From the NCBI GenBank assembly GCA_905373785.1, contig CAJPUK010000001.1, positions 1-59,896 on the forward strand: DNA of 59,896 bases, given 5' to 3'. The notes below the pieces were generated by a model. That model did no database searches, was not told the origin of the DNA, and saw only the letters and a program-made list of their open reading frames with translations. Each line of letters begins with the position of its first letter. Position 1 is the first letter of the stretch. Below are positions 58,317 through 59,896 of this stretch, piece by piece. The translations under genes were made by a program, and so were the position numbers. The stretch comes from an uncultured Johnsonella sp. (GTDB lineage Bacteria > Bacillota > Clostridia > Lachnospirales > Lachnospiraceae).

Positions 58317-59675
58317 TTATATCATCCCCTTATCCCTTATAGCTTTAAGCCACTTGGGGAATTCTTCCAAAATTCTGGCATACAGCTCCTCATTGGACAC
58401 CTTTTTAAAATCATCCAATGCAAAAAATCCCGCATTGTCCACATAGCGTCCCTTCATACTGTCAAGTTTTTCCAATATGCCGTAACCGCTTCCGCCCACA
58501 CCTACAAACTGCCAAAAAATAGGCAGTTTAGAGGCTTCCGTAATGATTTTTTGTATCTCACTCTTTTTGCTTACTCCTCCGTCTGTGATAAAAAGCACAT
58601 ATACCGGAAGTTTTGTATCACGGTAAGTATCAAGCACCATTTTAAGAACAACCGGTTCATTATTACAGCCTCCAAGCTCTAACATCAGTTGTTTCCACTC
58701 CTTCGGTACGGCTTTGGTATAATTATCTAAATTTACACTGTCCATTCTTCTGGCTGTAGTTCCGTAATACCAGCAGTCAAGCTCTCCGTCATCATCAAAC
58801 TGCACTGCCAAAGGAAGTGTTTTATTGACGATTTCCTGTACCGTACCGTTTTTAAAACGGGCTGTCATAGAACCGGATATATCTATTACCAATCCCACTC
58901 TGGCTACCAATGTTTCAAGATTTCTCTTCTTTAATTCCACTCCCAAGGGCTTTGCCAGGCTTACAAGCTTCGGTGCCTTTTCCAACTTTTTCTCTAAGGA
59001 TACCTTAACGGCAGCTGTAGGTGATGAAATCTCTTTTTGGTCAGTTGCTTGTGGTGAAGATGACATTGCAGCAGTATCCATAGATGGAGCCGGCTTCTCA
59101 GAAATTGCTTGGGATAAAGGTATATTTGCAGCAGTATCTACCTGTGAACCGGTCGCAGTACCTTCTCCTACTTCCTCTCCGCCAAAATGCGCAAGCAGTG
59201 CAGACAGTCCGCCATCAAATCCTCCTGCCACACAGCCTATACGCCAAACATCTTTTCTGTAAATCTCTATAGCAATAACTGCCTTTTCCTTTGCAAAATC
59301 CCCTCCCGTAAGGCTAAGTTCAAGACTTTGAGATTCCTGCTGATATACCTTTGTAATAAAGTTTTCCATCTCTCCCATAGTCTGAGCCCCGTCAATACTT
59401 ACGGTAAATACCAGTTTATTGATATAGGCGGGAATAGCAGATAATTTTAATGTATATCTAACCCCGTCAGGCAGCTCTGTTATACTGACCTCTTTCTGCG
59501 GAGTGGTTTTTTGATTATAAAAGACCATATACCTGTCATCGGAAAGTTTACCTTCCGAATCTACTCCAAAGCAGCAAAAATCATATTCTGCATTGCCTCT
59601 GATCTTCATATCCACAAAAATATTCTCATTCAGATCTACATACTTTTCAAACTTATCTTTCCAACCTTTTACCAT
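58317..59675 (-). CDS. TerD-domain + vWA (TerF-like) stress protein
   Basis: N-terminal DFCCFGVD..GKLSDDRYMVFYNQ and EIYRKDVWR; C-terminal DISGSM MIDAS, FITDGG, LPIFWQFVGVG, RYVDNAGFF. Confidence 0.88.
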   Translation of the reverse strand: MVKGWKDKFEKYVDLNENIFVDMKIRGNAEYDFCCFGVDSEGKLSDDRYMVFYNQKTTPQKEVSITELPDGVRYTLKLSAIPAYINKLVFTVSIDGAQTMGEMENFITKVYQQESQSLELSLTGGDFAKEKAVIAIEIYRKDVWRIGCVAGGFDGGLSALLAHFGGEEVGEGTATGSQVDTAANIPLSQAISEKPAPSMDTAAMSSSPQATDQKEISSPTAAVKVSLEKKLEKAPKLVSLAKPLGVELKKRNLETLVARVGLVIDISGSMTARFKNGTVQEIVNKTLPLAVQFDDDGELDCWYYGTTARRMDSVNLDNYTKAVPKEWKQLMLELGGCNNEPVVLKMVLDTYRDTKLPVYVLFITDGGVSKKSEIQKIITEASKLPIFWQFVGVGGSGYGILEKLDSMKGRYVDNAGFFALDDFKKVSNEELYARILEEFPKWLKAIRDKGMI

Positions 59676-59896
59676 ACTTCCCCCTTTATAATACTTAATA
59701 TTTTTTAATCTAATGCAACTTATTTACCAATAGATACCTTATCTTAAAAACTTTATCATTATTATATCACAAGCAATAAAAGCATTCCATTGCTATGTCA
59801 AATCATTCACGACAAACGCATTAATTAACAAATTATAAACAAAACTTATAGTTATGCCAATAAAAATGGTTTTATACAGTTTTTTGTGTGTATTAT

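Overview
Low-GC Firmicute chromosomal window. Gene content and RBS style suggest an oral/gut Lachnospiraceae such as Lachnoanaerobaculum (inference only). Most genes are on the minus strand. Core genes: sucrose-type PTS plus GH32 hydrolase, rpsF-ssb-rpsR with an S6:S18-like leader, RidA, recA-recX-NUDIX-SPFH, HlyIII, cysE, lipoprotein trigger-factor paralogue, M18 aminopeptidase, S1 protein, Fur/PerR, RocB-like peptidase plus AGCS symporter. Accessory: a Phd-RelE toxin-antitoxin pair bracketed by identical 93-bp palindromic repeats, a VTC/DUF4956/Cthe_2159-type operon, an AbiF-like HEPN gene with an upstream RNA hairpin, and a vWA/TerD protein. The dominant feature is a ~27-kb locus (24177-51113) of two paralogous three-gene modules: a ~550-aa cell-wall-binding protein, a ~2230-aa head+shaft surface protein and a 1500-1730-aa shaft-only surface protein. 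The best candidate novel system centres on this locus. An ~86-nt sRNA with its own promoter and terminator, directly downstream of it, is complementary to the RBS regions of six of the seven cell-wall-binding-protein genes in the window. All seven proteins also carry an A-[ST]-x-S-[ND]-A motif, at partly non-homologous positions. No CRISPR array, rRNA, tRNA, integrase or intact transposase was seen.
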